Assembly: GCA_900617105.1 (NCBI GenBank)
Contig: UYFQ01000416.1
Coordinates: forward strand, 62,001 to 96,589
Direction: 5' to 3'
Length of the DNA stretch: 34,589 nucleotides
DNA from: Hydrurus foetidus
Taxonomy: Eukaryota
In this document: piece by piece, positions 22,757 to 34,359 of the stretch
Layout: every line of letters begins with the position of its first letter
How positions within the stretch are numbered: the stretch's first letter is position 1
Made by a program: the position numbers and the translations under genes
The notes under the pieces: model-generated
What the model saw: only the letters and a program-made list of their open reading frames with translations
Database searches by the model: none
What the model was told of the DNA's origin: nothing

Positions 22757-25700
22757 TCACTCCCTGCCCCGCTCTCTGGACCACCTGTAGATCTGACCGG
22801 ACTTAGAGGAGCTCGCTAGGAAGTGCTCCGTGCTGATTAAATCCGTGCAGGGCTGTGCGTGGGACCCCAGACCTCTGGACTGCCATTCCGACAATGGAGA
22901 CCCATCCGGTTTCAGACAGACATGTCTGACCTCATTAGATTCCGGATACGGATAGGGGTCCGTTCTGTAGTCCCACAGGCGTATGTTGCCCCCACTAGCC
23001 GTCACAATGGACTGACCCACCCATACAGCTTTGGTCAACGGGCCTGATGCAGCACCCACTTGCACTTTACTGACGCACTTGAACTTTCTCATGTCCCACA
23101 GTTTAACGATATTGTCCGCACCCGCTGATAGCATCATGGGCAGCCCACACGCACTGCTTTTCATTGAGGAGATTCGTAGGTCCAGGTTCACGTTGAACTC
23201 GCTGAGAAAATTCACAGCTCCTCTGTGGCCTGGCTGCGATCCCACGCACTCGCAAGAAGAATTCCAAGTGTTCCTATAGGGATTAAGATGTGACAGGTAG
23301 GTGGGTTTGTAGTTAACAGAGCGTTGTTAGTGTCGAAAAGTAGATAAATAATGGGGGCCAGATGGGTTTATAGAGGCATATTTTGTAAGTTGTTTCGTGG
23401 AAGAGCGCCGGAACATCCTGTCAGATTCATGAATGCGACTGACTAGTGTGCTACTATATTAAGAAGTGCAGTAGTGCGCGTTTCGTCATAGAGCGAGGTA
23501 GACGTATTGGACTGCATACACGGCTGCTCGACTGTAGTCGCCTCACAGAAGAATCAAAAACATCAAATTGAGAACGCTGCATTACAAGCTATAGGACTAT
23601 TTCAAAATGATACGATTCAGCATATCGCAACAGTATCTTAAAGGAGACTCACAATATGGAGTCTCTCCCTGCGGAAATAAATGACGCTACTTTGTCCTTG
23701 TTGGCACCCTTTCCGGATAGAGGCAAGAAGCGCAGACAACTCACACTTCCAAAGTGCTTCTCAAGTACTGCTCGGAGTCTATAAGGGGTGATATAGGCAG
23801 TGCGTACGTGTGTGTGTTAAAGGGTAAAGGGGGGTGGGGTGTGTGCGTACTAAGGGGCAGCAACAGGGCCAATGTAGTGCGTACGTTTCAAGAGGTTGTT
23901 GGGAAGTTTCAGGGGAAGGATAGATTAAGGTAGTGCTTGCGCATTGTCCCACTTAGACAAAGGTTTCACAGATGAACAGTTTACGTTTGTTACCTTCCTG
24001 CCCTCATGTCCCAGATGCGGATGGTCTTGTCCTTGCCCGTGCTGACAAGAGTTCTACCACCATCCTCCCTACCGTCATCATCTCCACCCCATCGAACAGT
24101 CAAAATTGTGTCCGTGTGGCCTATACAGTTAATTCGATATCAAATATACAGATCATCTCAAGCCACACTTCAAATTCACTGCTGCTATGTAAGATGTACA
24201 GTAGCATGGGAATGAGAATGTTCTGATGAAGGACGCACCTCGGAACATGAAGACTTGGGATTTCTTGGACCTAGCATCCCACACACGTACCGTACGGTCA
24301 ACAGATCCTAAAGCAGTAAATGAGATACAGTGTAGCAGATGTCAGTGTGGTGCAGTGCAATTGAGTTTTTGCTTAATTTCTGTTACTTTTTGAAACTGAA
24401 ACTCTATAGACGGGGATAATATCTATACGACAGATATGGGGCAGATCTACCGACTGACACGTACACACACTGTGACAGAACAGATAAACCCAGACACAGA
24501 CCCCAATAAAATAGAAGCCAATACAGCACAAATGAGCTGTACAGACAAAAAAAAAGATATGAACAAAATCAAGTCTGTGAAGCATCGCATTGTAACCTGT
24601 GGCCACCAAGCACGAGGAGGACATGTGTTGCGGAGACCCGAAGGGATCGAGACCCTCTATCGCAGTCACGTTATCTTCGTGGCCCTGCGTGTGTGTGTGT
24701 GTGTGTTAGAGAAAGAGAGAGAGAGTGTATGTGTGTGTTTGTTTGTGTCCGAGTGTGTGAGAGAGAGAGTGTATGTGTGTGTGTTGGAGGGAATGAATCA
24801 GTGTGTGCGATGCGATTGCGTGAAGATGATGACTCATGCAATTGTAAGTTGTTCAAAATATTTTGTGGGAGTGATTGTGTGCATCAGTAGATCTACATTA
24901 GCAGCATGCGTACATATGCGGTGATGTACCGAATGATTTGACCAGTCGCATGGAAGTGCATGCTTAGATGTCTTAATTAGAGCGGCATGCGTTTACATCT
25001 GCGGCTACTCAGGCAGTCATATAAAAGAGATGATCTACTGTTACCTACTGCTACAAAGTGCGTCAAATCACATGTATGAAGAAAAATCAAGGGCTTCAGT
25101 ACGGTGTGTGCATTGTCGTTTTTAGGGATGGGTCTGGTGTTAAAAGTGGATCAGCAATTAAACACGTATCTTGATGTCACCTTCAGCAGTCTCAGGGGCT
25201 TCCCCTCTGCTCCCCACACACGCACTGCTCCGTCAGAACAAGCACCCCACACAGACTCGCACATTGCCTGTAGTCAAGATTCCCAAATAGCAGTATTAAC
25301 ATATATGAAGTCGCATCAAATGAGCTGAAAAACTGACGGATGAATTGAACATCTCGCAGAAGCTGGCTGTAAGTAGAATAGAAAGGTAGATGGTATAGCG
25401 CTGAAAAGCAGCTATGTAAGTACTTCATTATGCGTGTATGGAGACCGTACCTGAGCCCACAAGGTTGTGACCTTAACAATTGGGTGGCTCTCAGGTAGGA
25501 ACTCTGTGTCTGCGTCTCTCCTCCTGTCCTTACCCTTAGCTTCATCCGGTGTGAAGTGCGCACAGTCCAATATCATACTGAATTGCAACAAAAACACGAA
25601 GCAGATACATGAAAATGAATACATGAAGCAGGGGATGCATGGGTGAGATGAGAAGATCAAGTGTATGTACAAATCGTACGTGCTCTCTTTGTCGTCTTTG

Positions 25701-28700
25701 CCCCACACTCTGATCGTGCCGTCCAGAGAAGAGCTGACCAACAAGTTAGATCGCTTAGGACTGTGCGGAGTAATACAAAAACGATCAGACGGGTTGACAG
25801 TGGGTCAGAGGGAGGGTTGCACATAGAAACAGAAGGAAAGAGTGAGGGTGAAAATGAGGGTCGGCAATGAGGGTGAGGAATGACTCGTTCTTAGACAGAA
25901 GAAAGGAAGGAACAATCGAGACATCAAGAATGAATTGAAATGATGAGAAATAACAGTGCATTACACCACTACTGTGCAATACGTACTTTTTCAGACATGT
26001 AACAGCTGCGGCGTGTTCTCCTAGCACCATCGGAGCTAGGAGAAGATTAACTCCTTCCCCTTTCTCCTCTCCTCCATCACCCTCTTCATCCCCGTCATCA
26101 CACTTACCCAGTTTACAGAATGTCTTTTCAATGGGGTGTAGAAACACGTTGGACTGAGAGATGGATGTTGAAGCTACGGAGCAGTCGTCATCATTAGTAT
26201 CACTCTCATAGACAGCCAATTTTCCATCTTTACCGTCTTTTTCTATTTCTTCCTCTATTTCTTTCTCTTCATCCTTGTCTTCTCCCTCCCTCTCCATCTC
26301 CATCTGAACTCGATAGCTATCTTCTTTCTCTGATTCTCTCTCATCACCACACACTTGAATAGATACTCTTGTTCTGATGGGAGACACAGATGCCACAGTT
26401 CCGTTGATGCGCAGAGATTCCATGATAGGTCCAGGGTCCGCTGCTGATGTGAATTCTGCAGAACCTCTCATGTTCTTCGCCTCTCTGTCCGTCTCCTTGT
26501 CTCTCCCTCTATCCTTGTCCCTTTCCTTCTCCTTATCTCTCACCCTCTCCCTCTCCTTGTCCCTCTCTTTTTCTTTCTCCTTCTCCCTCTCCCGATCTCT
26601 TTCTCTAAGATTACGCGGTCTTGTAGAACTCATATTAGAATTCGGACCAGAATGTAACTGTGACAAGCTTTTGTTCTGCGTGCATGTAATCATCATATTC
26701 CGTTCGGGGGAATGGTCGGGTCCAATCCCCATGTGGTCCTTGGACTCTCTCCGATCCTTCTCTCTGCCACCCTTGGGGGAGTTATTTTTAGACTCACCCT
26801 GGCACATAGATCTGCGTATAGTGCTTTGGTGTTTATCTGTGTTGTTTGGCTTGCTGTTGTGGGGCTGTACAGTGCTCCTAGAATTGTTCGCTCCGAAAGA
26901 CTTCTTATTCACTGTAACATATCCAGTAGCCATAGAGGAGGAAGGTGGAAAAACATCATTCTCATCAGGCGGTATCAGTAAACTGGTCTTGATAGCAGCT
27001 GCAAAGTCGCTGCTAAGATCTCTGTCCTTCTTCTTGCTTGAGAGACTTCTAGCGGGAGAGATGTTGTGGGAGTGTGTGCGTGAACCTTCTCTAGCCCACC
27101 TCACACTGTTCTCGTCCGGTGTGGGCATACCTCCACTACCAGTCACCTTACCGTCCTTGCCATTACGTGCACTGCCGGCGCCGATGCCACTGGCTTTAGG
27201 AGTGAAGGTGAGTGTGGGGGACCCTGGGTAGAAGGCATTCCGAGAGTGAATTGGACTGCCCCCAACACTCCTGCCCCCTAGAGCACTGGTCCCGAGGAAA
27301 TGGGGACCGGGGACGGGACTACTACTTCCAGATGCAGAGTAGGACGATCTGCATTTAAGATTAGGCGAGCAGTGAGAGGACATGGTGGGGGCTGTGTGTG
27401 AGTGTCCTCCTGTGTTCAGATAGGTCGGGTCTTTGAACACAGGAAATCCTTCTCTTTCTCTCTCCGTAGACACCCCCGTTGCGACAGCATCCTCATCCGC
27501 CTCAAAGTCTTCTTCTGAGAATATCTCTTCATCACTGCTGTTGACGTGATCGTTGTCACTGGTCATTCTGGAATGCACTGATATCTCATCCACACAGTCA
27601 ATCGCGTCATACGGTATGAAGGCATCCGCGGACTTCCTCTGTACTTCAAGTACCAAATCCTTCTCAGGGAAATCGTCAGGGGCTAGGATGGTCAAGGGGA
27701 GGACCGCTAATGGCACCTTTGCCCTCGGGGGTGTCATCGACACTACTAAAGGAATGACTATCTTAGCAGACAATTGAGGAATATTCCCTACTTGAATAGA
27801 ACGTTCTTCCTTGATACCACTCTCAAGAACTCTCTTTGACTCTCTGCCATCCTTTCTAGATTTCTTCATTTCCTTCTCACTATCTGCTGAAGGAAGTGTA
27901 ACGCTTTGTAGGCCTCTGTCCATTTCAACGCTACACTTTAACTTCTTCAACTTGCCATTCTTCACTCTCTGCATAAAGTTTCTGTCTCTGTCCCTCTCTC
28001 TTTCCTTCTCACGTTCTCTTTCTCTCAATCTTGCAGCCGCTTCGATTCCTTTTGATACCGTAATATCTCGTATAGATTTGGCGGCTCTCTTAGCAGCATT
28101 TGAATTCAGCAGCGGATTTACTGAACCAGCAGCAAATGTTGTAGTTCCCAAAGGAATATTTCCGCCCCTTTTCTGTATCGTTTCAATCCCATTTTTTCCT
28201 GATTTTGCATGTGTAGTCTGATAGCTAACTACAGATTCTGAGTCAAAATCGTCATTTGAAAATTCCAGAGCACTGTCTGATAGCCTGTGAGACTTCAAAT
28301 TCTCAGTGGATAGGACAAGAGAATCTACTCTGTCTCTCTCCAGGAATGTGTCCACACGTGGCTCTTCTCGAAAAGAATTGACCACTAAAACCCTTGACAG
28401 TGATTTAACACCTTCCGGCACAATTTCGGGCTGAAACTCATCCCCCTCCGATCCGCTGTTGCACTGACGCATGTTGTGGGAGAGGGAGAGAGGGGCCCTT
28501 GTTCCTAAGGGACTGAGGAACATTCCGGATTCTGCGCTGAGAAGCCTCTTAGGATATTCTGCTGAGCCGGGTGCAAGGATGGCTGCAGCAGCATTCGCTG
28601 CGCTTCTTCTGCCGTCTGTGCGCCAACTACCCATACTGTCCCACTCACCTGCAACAGTTGATCAAACCATTATACCCCTCATAAATATTCACACATCATA

Positions 28701-30970
28701 CAGAGTGTTCGTTAAGCTAAGAAATTACGGGACAAAACATGACATCGCTCATGCAGTACGACACGGAGCAGTGCTTTAACTCGACTTCTTCACCTGCTGA
28801 ACTCGCAGACACTGTTGAGGGCCTCAGCATGAACCCCCCAAACACCCCCCCATTTGCACCCCAGAAAGTGGCCCCCATATTTGTCACGAAGGGGTGTAAC
28901 AGAAGGGAGGTTATGTCGGGACGTTTAGATGGGTCACGGGTCAGACACACCTGCGTGTTAGGGGGAGTGAGGAACAGTAGTAACGGAATAGAAGATGCTG
29001 AAAGGCAGATTAAGAAAACGTCAAACAAACAACCGAATTAAAAAAGTAAGGAAAAAAACATTCCAATCCAAATAGTAACTGCAGTAACATCGTGCGAATG
29101 TACTAATCGTACGTTCAGGAATGTGATCAGCTCAACTGAGGCTGGGCTAGGATACACTGGGAGGGTGTCCGTGCATGCGATGTGGTACAGGGTAGTGACG
29201 TTGTTGTTGAACTGAGACCATGGGGGCTTTCCTACGGAGCAATCAAGCAAACGATAAAGTAAGATATGACAAAATAACTAGGAGAGACATTGATGACTTA
29301 TATAGAAGCAGTCTTGAAGTTAATGACGTCATTAGAAGATGTCACAGATTTTGAATATGTTGAATATGTTGCAGTGGGGAGGGGAGTACGCACCTGTGGT
29401 CATTTCTAGGGTCGTGCACCCCAGACTCCATACGTCAGCTTTCTTCCAAGATATATCCCCTCCGTGATTCTTAATGATCTCAGGCGCCATCCAGCAGGGT
29501 GTCGTGCCTTTCATTTAACACACACACACACACACACACGCATCAGCAGGAAACGTATCACATTTATTTGCTGTGTACTGTAGAGCAGTGAAGAGAGCAG
29601 AGTTGCATTGAATAGAACATTCAATACGAGGTTAGCCACCTTTCATATCTCCATTTGTTTGTCCTGTGTCAGCGGTAGTATTTGATGGTCGCCATTGCTT
29701 GGAACTGCCGAAATCAGCCAGCTTCACTACGCCATCATTTCCCACAAGGCAATTTGCACCTTTCAAATCCCTGTGCACCACACCGTGGCGGTGGAGGTAC
29801 TCCAGACCGATTAAGAGCTGTTTAAGTAGACGAGATTGAAGATGTGCGTCTAGTCAGATGAACATTCTGCAATTATGGAAACTTTCCATCGAGAATACGA
29901 CAAGTAGGTCGTATCCATGAACACTGACAATTGAAGAAGACAAGGAGGAAATGAAATGACAATAATTGGACCTGTCTTGTGTATGATTTCGCCACTGACT
30001 CTTCGAGCTGTCCGAATTTATCTATCAGAGCCTTCAGTGACCCCCCAGGTACGTACTCGAGAAATATCGACAAAGCCAAAGGAGTCACCTCCGTTCCTAT
30101 GTACCGCACAATATTGGGGTGCCTAAATGATCGCAATAAATTGATCTCGTTCTCTAGCGAACTGAGCTCCTTTGTGGAAACTTCATCGATGGCTATTTGT
30201 TTCACGGCCATTAGCTCTCCTACGGAAAGATCGGAATAATCTTGTCAAATGCTACTGATCACAAAGCATGGAAGATTGCACAGTAGCATACTGCACCTGT
30301 CTCAACATTCAGACCCAAGTAAACCACACCGAAAGCGCCCTGTCCCAGCATCTCCCCCCTCTTCCATCGAACATTCCGACGGCTCTGTAGGGTCGAAAAT
30401 TTGATAACGGTATCCTCTCAAGTTAGCTGTTTCAACAGGACATGGGGTGTCTGTCTAGTTAACGAAATCTGTCAAGAAACCATTGGAGGATTCGCAAACC
30501 TGGTGTTGGCCATCCCTCGAGAAATTACTGATAGCTGATAGCGGGCTCTCGATGCGAGGGAAACGATCAAACGGTGTCGCCGTGTTCGATCTCGCAGATG
30601 GTGATGGATTTTCGAAATTTTTGAACTGCCTCGATGTTATCGGAAATATCGATAAGTTTTTGTTTGGTTCTCTTCTTGACAGAATTGGGAGGTGATTCGT
30701 CTCCGTTACTATGATGTTTATAGCAGTGTCATCAGTGTTTTCGTTCGTGACGAGGTCATCGAAGTCGTTTTGTGAGGACAGAATAATCAAATCGCCGTCA
30801 CCATCCTCATATTTCAGTGAGACTTCGAAACCGTAGTCCATCGATAAACGTTTCCTTAATTGGCTGAAGCTATGTTCAGGTAGAAGAATGACATTTCTGA
30901 ATTCCCCGTTGCAACTGCACTTCAATTTAATCTTCCGTGTCCTGATAGTGGAGACAGGAGGCACCTCCAT
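22757..30970 (-). CDS. STE11/MEKK-type MAP kinase kinase kinase with N-terminal PB1 domain, ~900-aa low-complexity linker and C-terminal WD40 propeller
   Basis: PB1: [28 protein letters not shown]. Kinase: [83 protein letters not shown]40: [71 protein letters not shown]. The kinase-to-linker and linker-to-first-WD40 junctions are in phase at GT-AG sites. Confidence 0.88.
24688..24785. repeat. Compound (TG)n/(GA)n microsatellite (intronic)
   Basis: Alternating GT and GA dinucleotide runs. Confidence 0.9.
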
Positions 30971-31225
30971 AACAGCGATTGCTGTTTGCAGCAGCTACCA
31001 CTGACAGCACTACCCCTCGAATATGTGTCAGACTGTTAGCTGTAAGATGATCAAACTTCCTCTGTAGTTCTGAGGGTTGACATAGGACTGATATTTGAGA
31101 CCTGACCGGATAATAATTACTTTTATGTCAAAATTTACTGATTTTGGGAGCAAAATTACCGTTTTCGGATCAAATAAAAATAAAATCAGCCAAATTCCCC
31201 GAAAATTGATGGGGTATTATAGTCT

Positions 31226-31556
31226 ATGCGCACCGGAAATTCTGGCGAAATACCCCATAAATTTCCAGGGATTTTCAATTTTCACTTTGGTACCGCTTTG
31301 CCGGCGAATCTCCGACGCATTTCGGAAAAGTGATCCCGGAAATTTCCGGCGCACATACACTATGTGCGCCGGAAATTTCCGGGATCACTTTTCCGAAATG
31401 CGTTGTATGTGCGCCGGAAATTTCCGGGATCACTTTTCCGAAATGCGTCGGAGATTTGAGAATCTGGGCGGAGATTCGCCGGCAAAGCTGTACCAAAGTG
31501 AAATTGAAAATCCCCGGAAATTGATGGGGTATTTCGCCGGAATTTCTGGTGCGCAT
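31226..31556. repeat. Nested fold-back palindrome (MITE/foldback-like) upstream of the MAP3K gene
   Basis: Perfect 43-bp arms 31315-31357 / 31361-31403 around a 3-nt loop (CAC); a second copy of the right arm at 31404-31456; outer ~88-bp imperfect arms 31226-31314 / 31469-31556. Confidence 0.9.
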
Positions 31557-31958
31557 GCACTCTATTTCGCCGGAATTACCGGTGCGCTGACACTCCATTC
31601 CTGGTTAAATTATTTCGATTTTGATCAGACATTCCACAGAAATGGATGAAAAAACTTTTTCGATCAAACTGAATCTCAAGGTCGTTCCACACGGAATCGT
31701 TTTTAGCGAAATTCGACGAATTATGGCGAAAAATACCGAATATCACCAAGAAGAGCATATAAAGTTTGGTAAAAAATTCATGGTCAAAAGCTGACAAGTG
31801 ATTTTGCGAAGATCACATTGTTGCAACAGTTGGTGCAAGTCACTCATAAATTCAACAAGCGTCTAGATGATAGACGTTGCAGAGACTGCTGCGTCAGTGG
31901 CCACTATTGATGACAACACTCTGCGACTCTGTGGCTTGTGTGCTACGGAGCTTCTTCA

Positions 31959-32355
31959 TGCGAAAGGAAACTCAAGACTGTCATGGGTGTCTCCGTCGAT
32001 GGCAAAATAAATGTCATCTCGTTTAAACTAAAACAAATCGCACAATAAAGGGGAGCTCATTGATAATATCATTGCGAAGAGGAAGCGAGTCAGCGAATTA
32101 TCCAACATTCACGCAGCGGATGAAGAGGAAGATAGTGATGTTGAATCGAAGGACTTTAAGAGTAACCATAACATTTTCCCCAGATTATGCAACATCATTT
32201 TGAATCGTCCTGATGCCGTGGTTAGATCAGCGATGCTAGCGAGTCGATACCCACCACAAAAGTGTTTGGGATTATCCGTATATCCCCTACACATATACTG
32301 TATACGGGTACTGAATCTCAAATGTAGTGATGCGCTCATAGCATCCAATGTGTAG
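31959..32355 (+). pseudogene. Decayed coding fragment, possibly a DNA-transposon accessory ORF
   Basis: Open frame 32032-32355 with no ATG near its start (NKGELIDNIIAKRKR..DEEEDSDVESKDFKSNHNIFPRLCNIIL), preceded by a protein-like stretch in another frame (VSVDGKINVISFKLKQIAQ*). Resemblance to stramenopile PIF/Harbinger-associated ORFs is from memory only. Confidence 0.3.
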
Positions 32356-32610
32356 AGAATCTAAGGTAGTTGATCTAGATCATTGATGCATGCCACGTAT
32401 ATGCACATTCTGCAATTTTAGAAATACACAGTGCAGTCTACTGCAACCGTTATATTTCTTTGCCACGTAATTAAGCAGTAGCCTTATCTACTGAGCTCCT
32501 TCCAACTGAGCGGCCAACATCCACGATACGTCATTCCCTGTTGCAATTCAAGGGATCACAGGAGACAGAGTCAGAATGCGTCAGGAAGCTACAATCAAAG
32601 ATATCGGTAT

Positions 32611-33077
32611 TGTGATAGTACTGGGTCTAGGGTCCCGATCCTACCGGGTACCGACTCTACCGGATCCTACCGGGTACTACTACTGTACACTACAGTTAGG
32701 CTGTAGTATCGTCGTAGCCATCTGCAGCGTCCACTTAGAAGTTAACTAGCTTCTAGCCTAGCGCCTCTGTAACTAAGCCTACCACTCCTCGACCCCTTTC
32801 TGCATCTCTCCCGACCACAATAGATCTATTTTCGTAGGGTAGAGTGGTAGGATTACAGAGCCCTTAGTTGTGGTCGGGAGAGATGCAGAAAGGGGTCGAG
32901 GAGTGGTAGGCTTAGTTACAGAGGCGCTAGGCTAGAAGCTAGTTAACTTCTAAGTGGACGCTGTAGATGGCTACGACGATACTACAGCCTAACTGTAGTG
33001 TACAGTAGTAGTACCCGGTAGGATCCGGTAGAGTCGGTACCCGGTAGGATCGGGACCCTAGACCCAGTACTATCACA
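32611..33077 (-). repeat. 3' LTR, 467 bp, itself a 210-bp-arm inverted repeat
   Basis: TGTGATAG...CTATCACA termini; 32611-32820 equals the reverse complement of 32868-33077 with one mismatch (tctGcagcg versus tctAcagcg); 47-bp spacer. Confidence 0.9.
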
Positions 33078-33105
33078 TTACCCCCACTTATCTTTCTTTC
33101 TTTTT
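33078..33105 (-). other. Polypurine tract (plus-strand primer site)
   Basis: Minus strand reads AAAAAGAAAGAAAGATAAGTGGGGGTAA immediately before the TG at the LTR start. Confidence 0.85.
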
Positions 33106-33456
33106 AAAAAAATCTAAGCTAAATCTGAACTAAATCGAAACCCCCGTTTCTTTGCAAAACTTAATATGTAATTTAAAATGAAAAAGAAAAGATATTGACA
33201 AATTTACAAAATCGAAAATTTGAAAAAAATAATAATAAAAGTGACCATAGAAAAATAATTACAAAAGAAAAGTTGCAGAGAAGAGGGGTTTGATGTCGAA
33301 AGATAAGGTGGGGTTGTACAAAAACAGTAGAGTCTGCTGTACGAGGGTCGAAAACGTAATTATGTCAGATTTTTACTGACTAAAAAACCACAAAAATCCC
33401 TTAGAAAAGGGCAAAAAATTAGGCTAAAAAATCTTCAAAAGATAATACGTTCGAAC

Positions 33457-34359
33457 TCAAACCGAATCGGTTGATCCCTCAAGGTTCTTTGGAATAAAAC
33501 GTGACATGTTATTATTCCGCAAGTACACATGGAGTGCTTCACAGAGCCGGAGATTCTTCCAAGGCTCCAATGTATTATGTGAGTTATCATAGTTGAGCCA
33601 TTTAACATGGAACGACATAGATGTCGGTTTCTTTGAATCACCAGTGTGACCAAGAACTTTCTCAACGAAGTACTCCATGTAATCGCGACGTGCTGTATCA
33701 GCAGGTATGCCAATTGATGGGTCATAATTGAAAATCTTAAGATTCTTCACATGTACACTATTGTGCTTATGTGTAATTAAGTTCGCGAGAACATACTCGG
33801 ATCCCTCAAGGGAGACAACACGGAAAGGACCTTTCCACTTTGTGTGTAATCGAGTAGGAGGTTGTTCCTGTTTTACAAGAACATATGACCCTACAGGGAA
33901 CACTGTCACACCTTGTGTGGACTTTTTGTGTTTGTCATCACATTTTTGAAGAGAACCGATTGCTGCATCGAGGACTTTGTCCTGTATATCGATGAGATCT
34001 GTGATGTAAGTTGAATTTGAAGATGTCAACGTGGGTAATAGATGAGGTGTCGAAATACCCCGATTTAAATCAAGTTTATTGCCGAATAAAATCGAAGCAG
34101 GACTTGCATTTGTTCGTCGATTAACTGAACTGTTAATAATACGTTGAACGAATGGTATGCATTTAGCATAGTGTTCAAGAGATGGTGTATCAAACACGAG
34201 ACCGCGTAAGTGTCTATTCACTTCTTTGTTGACCCTTTCTACAATGGCATTCTCTTGTGAGGAGTAAGCCAAAGTGAGATTATGGGGTGTCCCCGTAAGG
34301 TCTAAGAACTCTTTAATGAGATCATTAGCGAAGTGGGATCCTCTATCGGATCTAATCAT
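33457..34359 (-). pseudogene. N-terminally truncated Gypsy integrase with GPY/F motif and C-terminal chromodomain
   Basis: IRSDRGSHF...NAIVER gives exact D-X35-E spacing; KWKGPFRV; chromodomain YFVEKVLGH..FHVKWLNYDNSHNTLEPWKNL. The HHCC zinc finger and first catalytic Asp are absent and the frame is closed directly upstream. Confidence 0.9.

Noticed and set aside
26377..28221. Long plus-strand Ser/Leu-rich ORFs (also 5518-6816, 12637-12981, 15472-16637)
   Set aside because: Antisense shadows of low-complexity minus-strand exons.
31315..31456. CRISPR-like repeated ~43-bp palindromic units
   Set aside because: No unique spacers, copies are inverted or directly adjacent, eukaryotic context, no cas genes.
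31095..31649. ORFs 31095..31649, 31275..31598, 31330..31524 and 31360..31560
   Set aside because: The same peptides appear on both strands because the DNA is palindromic; no protein motifs.
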